Positions 50,663 through 59,177 of a DNA stretch of 64,000 nt are shown piece by piece. A program made the position numbers and the translations under genes. Position 1 is the stretch's first letter, and each line of letters begins with the position of its first letter. The notes under the pieces are model-generated. The model was not told the origin of the DNA, searched no databases, and saw only the letters and a list, made by a program, of their open reading frames with translations. This DNA comes from Bacteroidales bacterium (GTDB lineage: Bacteria; Bacteroidota; Bacteroidia; Bacteroidales; PUMT01): positions 1,698 through 65,697 of the forward strand of contig SLPB01000001.1 of assembly GCA_007132225.1 (NCBI GenBank). Direction: 5' to 3'.

Positions 50663-51595
50663 ATGGATTATTTCTACCTGCTCCTTGGTTTTATTATATT
50701 GCTTATATGCGGCGACCTGCTTGTGAAAAGTGGTGTCGCTCTCTCAAGCCATTTTCGTATTTCAACTCTTGTCACCGGAGTTATAATAGTGTCGTTCGGA
50801 ACTTCCGCCCCGGAACTGGTGGTGAGCATAGGGGCCGCACTGAAGGATCATCCTGATATTGCTGTGGGTAACGTAATTGGATCAAACATATCCAATATTG
50901 CTATGGTCCTGGGTCTTACAGCAATTCTTATCAGGATCCCGGTAAGCAAAATCTCCGTACGCTTTGACTGGCCCTTTATGATGTTTGCCAGCATACTGTT
51001 TTACATTTTTATAATTAACGGCAGGCTCTCATTTTTTGAAGGCTTCCTGTTTCTGACCCTCCTTCTAATATTCATAATATGGTCTCTCCGGAAATCCAGG
51101 ATGGAATTATCCCGAATCCAGCATGTGTTTGCAAAAGCCAGATATTCTTTATTTACCGCAATAATCCTGCTTATTTTCTCATCAGCCGGCCTTTACTTAG
51201 GCGCCACTTTGCTTGTTGAAGGGGCAGAATCAATTGCACTGCGATTTGGAGTAAGTGAAAGGGTAATTTCAGTTACCATTATTGCCTTTGGCACAAGTGT
51301 ACCTGAACTGGCAACTTCAGTTATGGCAGCATTAAAAAAACAACTTGACATATCCATTGGTAATATAATAGGGTCAAATATTTTTAATATTTTCGGGATA
51401 CTGGGTGTTACAAGCATGATCAAAACTATCCCCGTAAGCCTTGAAATGAAATTTGATGTCTGCTGGATGCTGGCAGTATCAATGCTTCTTTTGATTTTTA
51501 TGCTGCCCTATGGAAGGGCCGTTCTCAACCCCTGGAAGGGTGCCGTGCTTTTATTAACCTATATATCCTATATCTTCATTGTATTTCATTATTAA
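50663..51595 (+). CDS. CaCA-family calcium/sodium antiporter (YrbG-like)
   Basis: Alpha-repeat motifs 'GTSAPELVVS' and 'GTSVPELATS' are present with about 10 TM helices. The start is placed at MDYFYLLLGFIILL, while the ORF track starts at 50585. Confidence 0.8.
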   Translation: MDYFYLLLGFIILLICGDLLVKSGVALSSHFRISTLVTGVIIVSFGTSAPELVVSIGAALKDHPDIAVGNVIGSNISNIAMVLGLTAILIRIPVSKISVRFDWPFMMFASILFYIFIINGRLSFFEGFLFLTLLLIFIIWSLRKSRMELSRIQHVFAKARYSLFTAIILLIFSSAGLYLGATLLVEGAESIALRFGVSERVISVTIIAFGTSVPELATSVMAALKKQLDISIGNIIGSNIFNIFGILGVTSMIKTIPVSLEMKFDVCWMLAVSMLLLIFMLPYGRAVLNPWKGAVLLLTYISYIFIVFHY

Positions 51596-51633
51596 TTTTT
51601 AATTAACATATTAATAAATCAAAGGCCGCCTCA

Positions 51634-52302
51634 ATGATCAGAGCAGAAAAAATATCCAAGTCATACGGACAGCTTCAGGTACTGAAAGGGATTGACCTGA
51701 AGGTAAGTAAAGGTGAGGTCATATCAATAGTTGGTGCAAGTGGTGCCGGCAAGACTACATTTTTGCAAATACTGGGAACCTTAAGTAAATCTGATAGCGG
51801 AAGAGTTATAATAAATGAAACCGATTACCGGTCTCTAAACGACAAGCAGCTGGCCAGATTCAGGAACAAGAACATTGGCTTTGTATTCCAGTTCCACCAT
51901 CTGCTGCCTGAATTCAATGCATTTGAAAATGTGTGCATGCCCGCATATATTGCAAAAATGCCTGCTGAAAAAGCTGAAGAAAAGGCCAGGGAAATACTTG
52001 GCTTTCTTAACCTGAATGACCGGATGGACCATAAACCCAAGGAATTGTCCGGCGGCGAGCAGCAGAGGGTTGCTGTTGCAAGGGCGCTGATTAATGAACC
52101 TGCTGTATTACTTGCTGATGAACCCTCAGGCAATCTTGATTCCAAAAATAAGAATGAACTTCACAGCCTATTCTTCGATCTCAGGGAGAAATTCAATCAA
52201 ACCATTATAATTGTAACCCACGACCTGGATCTGGCAAAAATGGCCGATCGCTGCCTTACGATGCATGACGGGAAAATAGTGGATGAAAAACTTAAAACTT
52301 AA
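51634..52302 (+). CDS. ABC transporter ATP-binding protein (LolD/MacB-ATPase-like)
   Basis: Walker A 'GASGAGKTT', Q-loop, signature 'LSGGEQQR', Walker B 'LLADEP' and H-loop 'VTHD'. Confidence 0.85.
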   Translation: MIRAEKISKSYGQLQVLKGIDLKVSKGEVISIVGASGAGKTTFLQILGTLSKSDSGRVIINETDYRSLNDKQLARFRNKNIGFVFQFHHLLPEFNAFENVCMPAYIAKMPAEKAEEKAREILGFLNLNDRMDHKPKELSGGEQQRVAVARALINEPAVLLADEPSGNLDSKNKNELHSLFFDLREKFNQTIIIVTHDLDLAKMADRCLTMHDGKIVDEKLKT

Positions 52303-52353
52303 AACTTAAAACTTAAAACTTAAAACTTAAAACTTAAAACTTAAAACTTAAAA
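52291..52353. repeat. Perfect heptanucleotide microsatellite (CTTAAAA)x9
   Basis: Counted base by base. It starts in the last three codons of the ABC ATPase gene (L-K-T-stop) and ends 33 nt before the next gene's ATG at 52387. Confidence 0.95.
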
Positions 52354-52386
52354 TAAAATCCTTTAACTGTAAGATTGTTAATTATA

Positions 52387-53160
52387 ATGCCCTCCCTGCC
52401 AGTAAATGAACTCAAGGAATTCCTTGATGAAAAAGCCGATCAATATAATCATCCTGATTTTATTGAAACGGACCCCATATTTATTCCTCATCAATATGAA
52501 TTAAAGGAAGATATTGAGATTTCTGCTTTTCTCACCGCAACCATTGCCTGGGGAAACCGGAAAATGATAATAGGAAATGCCCTGAGGTTAATGGAGCTGA
52601 TGGGAAACTCACCTTACGATTTTGTTATGAGTCACCAGAATCATCACCTGAACCGTTTCGACAATTTTGTTCACCGCACATTTAACGGCATTGATGCAAA
52701 ATACTTTATTAAAGCGCTAAGGCACATATACCTTAATAAAGGAGGAATGGAAAAGATATTTTCTGTCTCAACCTCAAATTCTTCTACACAACCTGCAATC
52801 CATGAGTTCAGAAAAGAATTCTTTTCCCTGGATCATCCCCAAAGAACGACCAAACATGTATCAGACCCGGTAAGAGGATCAGCAGCCAAAAGAATTAACA
52901 TGTTCCTGAGATGGTTGATAAGAAGTGACAACAAGGGAGTTGATTTTGGAATATGGAAATCCATTTCGCCCGGCCAGCTGTCTTGTCCCATTGATATCCA
53001 CTCAGGTAATGTTGCACGAAAATTAGGTCTTATAACCCGAAAACAAAATGATGCAGCAGCTTTAAGTGAATTAGACTCAAGGTTACGTCAAATGGATAAA
53101 GCCGATCCTGCCAGGTATGATTTTGCCCTTTTCGGTCTCGGGGTATTTGAAAAATTATGA
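52387..53160 (+). CDS. Conserved hypothetical protein, TIGR02757/DUF2400-like
   Basis: About 257 aa with 'DFIETDPIFIPHQY', 'ISAFLTATIAWGNRKMII' and 'SCPIDIHSGNVARKLGL'. The family name is recalled from pattern and not verified. Confidence 0.55.
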   Translation: MPSLPVNELKEFLDEKADQYNHPDFIETDPIFIPHQYELKEDIEISAFLTATIAWGNRKMIIGNALRLMELMGNSPYDFVMSHQNHHLNRFDNFVHRTFNGIDAKYFIKALRHIYLNKGGMEKIFSVSTSNSSTQPAIHEFRKEFFSLDHPQRTTKHVSDPVRGSAAKRINMFLRWLIRSDNKGVDFGIWKSISPGQLSCPIDIHSGNVARKLGLITRKQNDAAALSELDSRLRQMDKADPARYDFALFGLGVFEKL

Positions 53161-53888
53161 CCACTATGGCAAGGGATATTTTCCGGTTTAAACAGTTCGA
53201 CATATACCATGATAAATGCGCCATGAAGGTGGGGACCGACGGGGTATTGCTTGGGTCATGGTGTAATGTCGAAGGCGCTGGATCAATACTTGATATCGGT
53301 ACAGGAAGCGGACTGATTGCCCTGATGATTGCACAGAGAAACACCGGCTGTGTTATAGATGCAGTGGAAATTGACAGTACAAGCTGCATTCAGGCAGAGG
53401 AAAATGTTTCCCGCAGTTCCTGGAAATCAAGAATAAATGTCCATCATAAATCACTCCAGGAATATTCCGTGCAAACCAGCAAAACTTATGATCTTATAGT
53501 TGCCAACCCTCCTTATTTTCAAAATTCCCTGCCCAGTCCCCGACCCGACCGATCAACTGCACGTCATGCCGGTTCTCTGACAAGTAATGAACTGATAACA
53601 GGCGTTAAAAAGCTTCTTAACCCAGGAGGCAGGTTTTGCATGATAATGCCGGTAACCGAAGCAAACATCTTCATTGGAAAGGCATCTGAAAGCAATCTCT
53701 TTTGCAGAAGGGTCACCTCGGTGCTGCCTAATCACGGCAAAGCCCCTAAAAGATACCTTCTGGAGTTCACCCCAAAGAAAGAAGAGATATTAAGATCAGA
53801 GCTTGTTATTGAGCTTGACAGGCGCCATAAATACTCTGACGCTTTCAAGGAGCTGACAAAAGATTTTTACCTCTATTTCCGGTACTGA
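53157..53888 (+). CDS. tRNA (adenine-N6)-methyltransferase, TrmN6/YfiC-like
   Basis: 243 aa with 'FRFKQF.I.HDKCAMKVGTDGVLLG', SAM motif 'ILDIGTGSGLIALMIAQR' and catalytic 'IVANPPYF'. The start overlaps the upstream stop (ATGA). Confidence 0.75.
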   Translation: MTTMARDIFRFKQFDIYHDKCAMKVGTDGVLLGSWCNVEGAGSILDIGTGSGLIALMIAQRNTGCVIDAVEIDSTSCIQAEENVSRSSWKSRINVHHKSLQEYSVQTSKTYDLIVANPPYFQNSLPSPRPDRSTARHAGSLTSNELITGVKKLLNPGGRFCMIMPVTEANIFIGKASESNLFCRRVTSVLPNHGKAPKRYLLEFTPKKEEILRSELVIELDRRHKYSDAFKELTKDFYLYFRY

Positions 53889-54107
53889 CAGGAGTTGCAA
53901 CCTGCATACCGGATACCTGCCGGCGCCCTGGCAAACACCAGGCATTCCCTATGTGCTGGCCCGAAAAACACGAAACCCTGCTGAAGAACATATAAATTTG
54001 ATCAACAGGCATGAGGCAAATCATGATCGTCAATAATTTATTTTATGTACATTCGTCATACATAGCTGATCCTGAAAAATATTATTCACCTTATAATTAT
54101 TACAGGT

Positions 54108-55460
54108 ATGCAAAATGTTCTGATACTGGGTGCGGGTATGGTAGTCAAACCGATTGTAAACTACCTTTTAAACAAAGAGATCAAAATTACAGTTGCCACA
54201 CGCACCAAATCCCGGGCAGAGTCAATGATTGGAAATCATCGGTTAGGAACAGCCCTGGAGTGGACCGTAAATGATGAGGCAGGCCTGGACAAAATAATCG
54301 CCAAACATGACCTTGTAGTCAGCCTTTTGCCATGGGCATACCATCCTCTTGTGGCCCGGTACTGCCTGAAGCACAAAAAAAATATGGTGACCACCTCCTA
54401 CGTTAAGCCTGAAATGAAAGCCCTGGACGATGAGGCAAAAAAGGCAGGTATAATAATACTGAATGAGCTGGGGCTTGATCCCGGAATTGACCACATGTCG
54501 GCAATGCGTATAATTGATCATATACACAACAAGGGAGGAGAAGTAGAAGGTTTCTACTCATTGTGCGGGGCCCTGCCTGCTCCCGGGTCAGCAGGCAACC
54601 CTTTTAAATACAAGTTCTCCTGGAGTCCGAAGGGAGTAATTATGGCCGGCAACAATGAGGGCCAGTTCCTCAGGGAGGGCAGGATTATAAAGGTTCCCTC
54701 CGAAGATCTTTTTAAAAATCCGTTGCAAATTGATTTTCCCGGCACCGGTAGCGAAATACTGGAGGCTTATCCCAACCGGGATTCGCTACCCTATATTGAT
54801 CTGTATGGTATACCTGAAGCTAAAACAATGATCAGGGGAACATTCCGTTATCCGGGGTGGTGCGAAATACTTGATGCGATGAAGCACCTGGATTTACTAT
54901 CTGTTGAACAGAAGGATTTTTCCGGAAAAACTTACACTCAATTTATGGCCATGATGGCCGGTGGAAAGGATGCCGCCGGTATTAAGGACAGGGTGGCTGG
55001 GTGCCTTGGACTAAGTCCCGACTCTCTTCCATTATATGCTTTGGAATGGCTGGGATTGTTTGAAGAAAGAGCAATGAACAGGGAAACTGCTTCACCCTTT
55101 GAGATAGTATCAGATCTTATGATCGAAAAGATGATGCTGGGGAAAAATGAACGTGATATGGTTGCCATGCAGCATATCTTCCTTGCATCTTATCCCGGTG
55201 GTAATAAGGAAGTGATTAAATCCACCCTGCTGGATTTCGGATCCCCTGCAACAGACACCTCGGTAGCCCGCACAGTAGCCCTGCCGGCTGCAATAGGTAC
55301 AGAGCTGATATTAAACAAAAAAATAAGCACCAAAGGTGTGCACATTCCTGTATTACCGGAAATCTACAATCCCATTCTTGACAACCTGGAGAGGATGGAC
55401 ATCAAAATGACCGAGGAATATGGGTTGCCGGAGAGTGAATTCGCGGGCACAAAGGATTAG
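54108..55460 (+). CDS. Saccharopine dehydrogenase/reductase family protein
   Basis: 450 aa with Rossmann motif 'VLILGAGMVVKPIVNYLL' and 'LNELGLDPGIDHM' typical of the family. The length is close to LYS9-type saccharopine reductases. Confidence 0.7.
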   Translation: MQNVLILGAGMVVKPIVNYLLNKEIKITVATRTKSRAESMIGNHRLGTALEWTVNDEAGLDKIIAKHDLVVSLLPWAYHPLVARYCLKHKKNMVTTSYVKPEMKALDDEAKKAGIIILNELGLDPGIDHMSAMRIIDHIHNKGGEVEGFYSLCGALPAPGSAGNPFKYKFSWSPKGVIMAGNNEGQFLREGRIIKVPSEDLFKNPLQIDFPGTGSEILEAYPNRDSLPYIDLYGIPEAKTMIRGTFRYPGWCEILDAMKHLDLLSVEQKDFSGKTYTQFMAMMAGGKDAAGIKDRVAGCLGLSPDSLPLYALEWLGLFEERAMNRETASPFEIVSDLMIEKMMLGKNERDMVAMQHIFLASYPGGNKEVIKSTLLDFGSPATDTSVARTVALPAAIGTELILNKKISTKGVHIPVLPEIYNPILDNLERMDIKMTEEYGLPESEFAGTKD

Positions 55461-55519
55461 TGACAAATCTCCTTTGGGGCCCGGCCCTTTTATTATTGCA
55501 GTTGGAGCCTGCGGCCGGA

Positions 55520-58500
55520 TTATTTTCTGAGAAAACTCCTGACAGCAATAACGTTATTTCCTGCTGTTATTCTTAAAATATATAACCCCGGAGATAAAGT
55601 TCCGGTAGTTAGTTCAGTATTTAAAGTAATATCTGACTTTATATGACTGAAAGAACGGATAACTTTTCCGGCAGTATCGATAAATTCGAAAATAACAGGC
55701 CCGGTCAGGGAATTTGTAAACTCAATATAAAGCTTTTCTTCAACGGGATTTGGATATACTATCAGATCTTTTCCGGGCTCATCTGTTTCATAAACACTGA
55801 CAAGCAGTCTCTCGGAAAAACGGTTGCAATAAGCATCAGAAAGCAGTACCCTGATCTCGCCGGTATAATCTCCCATGGGCAATGACCTTCCAGTTGCCCC
55901 GGGTATGGGAACACCGTCATTATACCACTGGTAAGTGGGTGCAGTATGCTCAGAAGAATACCTGTTAAGCAGTGTGCTTATAATAATTTCATTTTCGGGA
56001 ATGGTATTTTCTATAACAGTGATCGCATTTTTCACACCGGTACCGCCAGCCTCGCCGGAAATTGAGAGGCTTACATCATATATGCCGGGTATAGTGTATG
56101 TATAGGAAGGATTTTGAAGGGTTGAAGTGCTTTCAGGATCATTTTCGTTACCAAAATCCCATGACCAGGTATCAATATCTCCGTCACTCTGATCAATAAA
56201 GCTGGTTATTGAATGTGCACAGGGATATTCTACATAAAACCTTGCAAACAGCACATCCTCGCATATACCTTCAATCCAGCCTGTGGTTTTCCCGGCAAAC
56301 AGGCTGTTCTTGCCTGCAACAACGACAGCCTCCCCTTCTGCTATTACATTGCCAATACGGAGGTAATCAAAGCAAAGCTTAATGTAATCATCAATTATAA
56401 TCTTTGCGGGCTGATCAGAAAGGGAGTTTAAAATTACCATACTCTCAGGTGTCGAATTGATTGATAACCAGGCAATAATTTGTTCACTGCCCCCTTCAAG
56501 AAAAGTTTCAGATCCTTGTTCCAGTATTATCTCTGAAAAATGATTATTACCATATATCTCAAGAAGGGATTGATTAATCAGTTTTTCAATTACCATATTC
56601 CCACTAAGAAGAAGTTTGCCCTTTACAACATCAATCTCAGTAAACCTATGGTTATCACCCCTGAAGATAACCTCATACTCCCTTTCGGGACGATTAATTA
56701 TCACTTTCATGCCTTCGGCATCAAAAATGAGATTATCTCCGGTCAGATCAAAACTATCCTTAACAAATAGTTCCGATCCTGCCATTCTGATATATTTTGG
56801 CTTTTCTCCCTCAATTGAAAAACTATTAACATAAGTTCTTTTATCATTAAAATAGATGCTGCCTGCTACAAGTATAATTCTTCCTGTTTCAGCATCAGTT
56901 AAAAATTCCCATGTCCCTTCTTCATTGTCAAAAACAAAATTATAGGGATCACCCTTGTTAGCACCGGCGTTTATTATACCCGTTTCTCCGCTGAAAACAA
57001 AACTTCCGTTCGTACCACTGCCGGAGATCCCTCTTGAAACTAAAAAGTCCCTGTGCAGTAAGATATTGTAACTTCCAAAGTCAATACCATTGGTTTCCCA
57101 GGCTAACCAGGAAAATGACCTGCAATAAGCGTTTGAATCAAGAGTAATTGTTTGCAGGGAATCTGAAAAGGAGTTTTCATCCACCACGACATTTATGCCC
57201 TCATCAGGAACAAGTCCGGCCGGGTTTCCACCGGAGGAAAATGACCAGTTAAGAGGATTATGCCAGCCGCCTCCCTCCCCTATCCAGTATAATGTTGTTT
57301 CACCTGCAGGATCACTTACCGAGGCTGTGAGAATAAGAGAGTAATCCTGGCTTCCGCCTTCCAGCTCATTTTTATGACTGATAGAAACTGTATATTTTCT
57401 GGGCTCGGTATTTTCGATAAGAATCTTTTCTGTATTGTCCCGGAAATTGTCACCTCTAACTGCGGGCATCCCGGGATTATCAGGATCAAGTATCCATGGA
57501 TAGTACATTGTCCCGGCTTCGTCAATTATCCTTATGTCCAAATCATTTACAAGCATGAGATCAGTGGGGTTGATTGTGCCTGAAGGTGCAGGGGTTCCGG
57601 GAGGATCTGTCCACGTAATGGTGGCGGTTAACTCAGATAAACCGTCACTATATATATCAAATTCATACACTTCATTTTCAGATAATGATAGTTCCCTTAT
57701 AAAAACAGATACACTGTCATTATCTTTTATAACATCTGCAGCTGCAGATGTATTCAGTAAACCCCAGCCATAACTATAGTCCGGTCCCTTATTCATTCCC
57801 GTTTCATTAACGGTATGAATGGCAAGCGCCTTGAGTGTGGCTGACCTCATATGGAATCCGTACTTGCTATGGAACAATTCCTGCAAAAGAAGCAATGATC
57901 CTGCCGCAACAGGTGCAGCCATTGAAGTACCGCTCATTGTCTGATAATTGCCGTATGAAGTTGTAGAGAAAAGGTTTAGTCCGGGTGCAACGATATCAGG
58001 CTTAACCCTTCCGTCATCGGTTGGTCCCCAGCTACTGAAAGATGTCATTACAACATCTGAGGGTTCTGAATAACCTTCACTAATTTTCTCTACAGCACCA
58101 ACTGCAAGAATATTCTTGGCAGATGCTTCGGGTCCGATACAATTATAAGGCCCGTTTGGTTCCCGTGTACCATCCCCTTCCCCTATCCGATAATTACCTG
58201 CAGCCCAAACCATTAAGATATTTGGTGCATACCATGCAATCTGATCAAGGGGTAAGCTTTGCTCTTCAGAATAGAAACCAAAGCGATAATCCTCATTTGC
58301 ATCAGGATCACCATTCCATACCCAATCATCACCATCCCATGTCCATCCCAGACTTATTCCAAACGACTTGTTGGAGATCAGTAAACCATCCAAAGCTTCA
58401 GATGCAACCTCGGAGAGATAATTATTCCAGTTATAACTAAGTATATCTGCCTGGAAAGCCATTCCTTTGGCATCTTGGTTTATTCCTTCTGCTGCAATAG

Positions 58501-58966
58501 TGCCGGCAACATGTGTGGCATGATTATCGGGTCTTTCATAGGTGTTTTTCTGATACAACCTGCCTTCAAATTCATGGTGGAAGGAATCTACAATACCGGC
58601 ATCCCATATACCAACTGAATGACCCATTCCGCTAAGATCCAATCCTGATTCTCCTGAGGGATGAAGCTTATCTGTTTTAACAGTTGCAGCAGCTTCCCGG
58701 TTAAAAGTAATATGGTATACCGGAAAGCTCAGCTTGTCAAGGTACTGAAGTTCAAGGGACCTACCGTCGATCAGTCTGCGTTTAACCGGTATCTGTTTTC
58801 TGCCTGCATATTCCAGGGCCTCACTCCTTCTCTTATCATATTCGTTGCTGAGCTCTGAAGAAAATATCCTTAACCTCTCCGTTGAATTATCCTGATACTT
58901 GTTTTGGGAAAAACCTGAAAAGGCCAGCCATAAAAAAAGGAATACTGATATAAATAACCGGTTCAT
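55520..58966 (-). CDS. Secreted S8 (subtilisin-family) serine peptidase with a PKD domain and a T9SS type-A C-terminal sorting domain
   Basis: Triad contexts 'VGIWDAGIVD', 'HATHVAGTIAA' and 'SGTSMAAPVAAG', with PKD core 'WDFGNEN...YTYTIPGIYDVSLS'. The C-terminus 'LIVYPNPVEEKLYIEF...LSPGLYILRITAGNNVIAVRSFLRK' fits the type-A CTD. Confidence 0.85.
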   Translation of the reverse strand: MNRLFISVFLFLWLAFSGFSQNKYQDNSTERLRIFSSELSNEYDKRRSEALEYAGRKQIPVKRRLIDGRSLELQYLDKLSFPVYHITFNREAAATVKTDKLHPSGESGLDLSGMGHSVGIWDAGIVDSFHHEFEGRLYQKNTYERPDNHATHVAGTIAAEGINQDAKGMAFQADILSYNWNNYLSEVASEALDGLLISNKSFGISLGWTWDGDDWVWNGDPDANEDYRFGFYSEEQSLPLDQIAWYAPNILMVWAAGNYRIGEGDGTREPNGPYNCIGPEASAKNILAVGAVEKISEGYSEPSDVVMTSFSSWGPTDDGRVKPDIVAPGLNLFSTTSYGNYQTMSGTSMAAPVAAGSLLLLQELFHSKYGFHMRSATLKALAIHTVNETGMNKGPDYSYGWGLLNTSAAADVIKDNDSVSVFIRELSLSENEVYEFDIYSDGLSELTATITWTDPPGTPAPSGTINPTDLMLVNDLDIRIIDEAGTMYYPWILDPDNPGMPAVRGDNFRDNTEKILIENTEPRKYTVSISHKNELEGGSQDYSLILTASVSDPAGETTLYWIGEGGGWHNPLNWSFSSGGNPAGLVPDEGINVVVDENSFSDSLQTITLDSNAYCRSFSWLAWETNGIDFGSYNILLHRDFLVSRGISGSGTNGSFVFSGETGIINAGANKGDPYNFVFDNEEGTWEFLTDAETGRIILVAGSIYFNDKRTYVNSFSIEGEKPKYIRMAGSELFVKDSFDLTGDNLIFDAEGMKVIINRPEREYEVIFRGDNHRFTEIDVVKGKLLLSGNMVIEKLINQSLLEIYGNNHFSEIILEQGSETFLEGGSEQIIAWLSINSTPESMVILNSLSDQPAKIIIDDYIKLCFDYLRIGNVIAEGEAVVVAGKNSLFAGKTTGWIEGICEDVLFARFYVEYPCAHSITSFIDQSDGDIDTWSWDFGNENDPESTSTLQNPSYTYTIPGIYDVSLSISGEAGGTGVKNAITVIENTIPENEIIISTLLNRYSSEHTAPTYQWYNDGVPIPGATGRSLPMGDYTGEIRVLLSDAYCNRFSERLLVSVYETDEPGKDLIVYPNPVEEKLYIEFTNSLTGPVIFEFIDTAGKVIRSFSHIKSDITLNTELTTGTLSPGLYILRITAGNNVIAVRSFLRK

Positions 58967-58967
58967 A

Positions 58968-59013
58968 AGGTATGTGAATTATTTCGTCTGCAGGTATATG
59001 AATTATTTCTTCT
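58968..59013 (-). repeat. 24-bp tandem duplication immediately upstream of the S8 peptidase start codon
   Basis: On the plus strand, aggtatgtgaattatttcgtct (58968-58989) and aggtatatgaattatttcttct (58992-59013) share 20/22 identity with a period of 24. Confidence 0.75.
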
Positions 59014-59177
59014 ATCCAAAATGGGATAAAATGTTGATAAAATTTTATACTGCCTGCAAATGTTAATTCTGAATTTCACTTCAAAAATAGTACTTTAGCA
59101 ACAATTCTTTCTATAACGGACCTGGTTTTTATTAAACTTAAAAAAGTACATATCGAACCCCTGTAATATCAAAAAGA

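Noticed and set aside
52291-52353. Possibility that the regular repeat is a CRISPR array
   Set aside because: The 7-bp units are contiguous with no spacers, so this is a microsatellite. I saw no repeat-spacer architecture or cas genes anywhere in the window.
54011-54274. 87-aa ORF overlapping the start of the saccharopine dehydrogenase-family gene
   Set aside because: It is in a different frame from a gene with a clear Rossmann N-terminus beginning at 54108, and its translation has no motifs.
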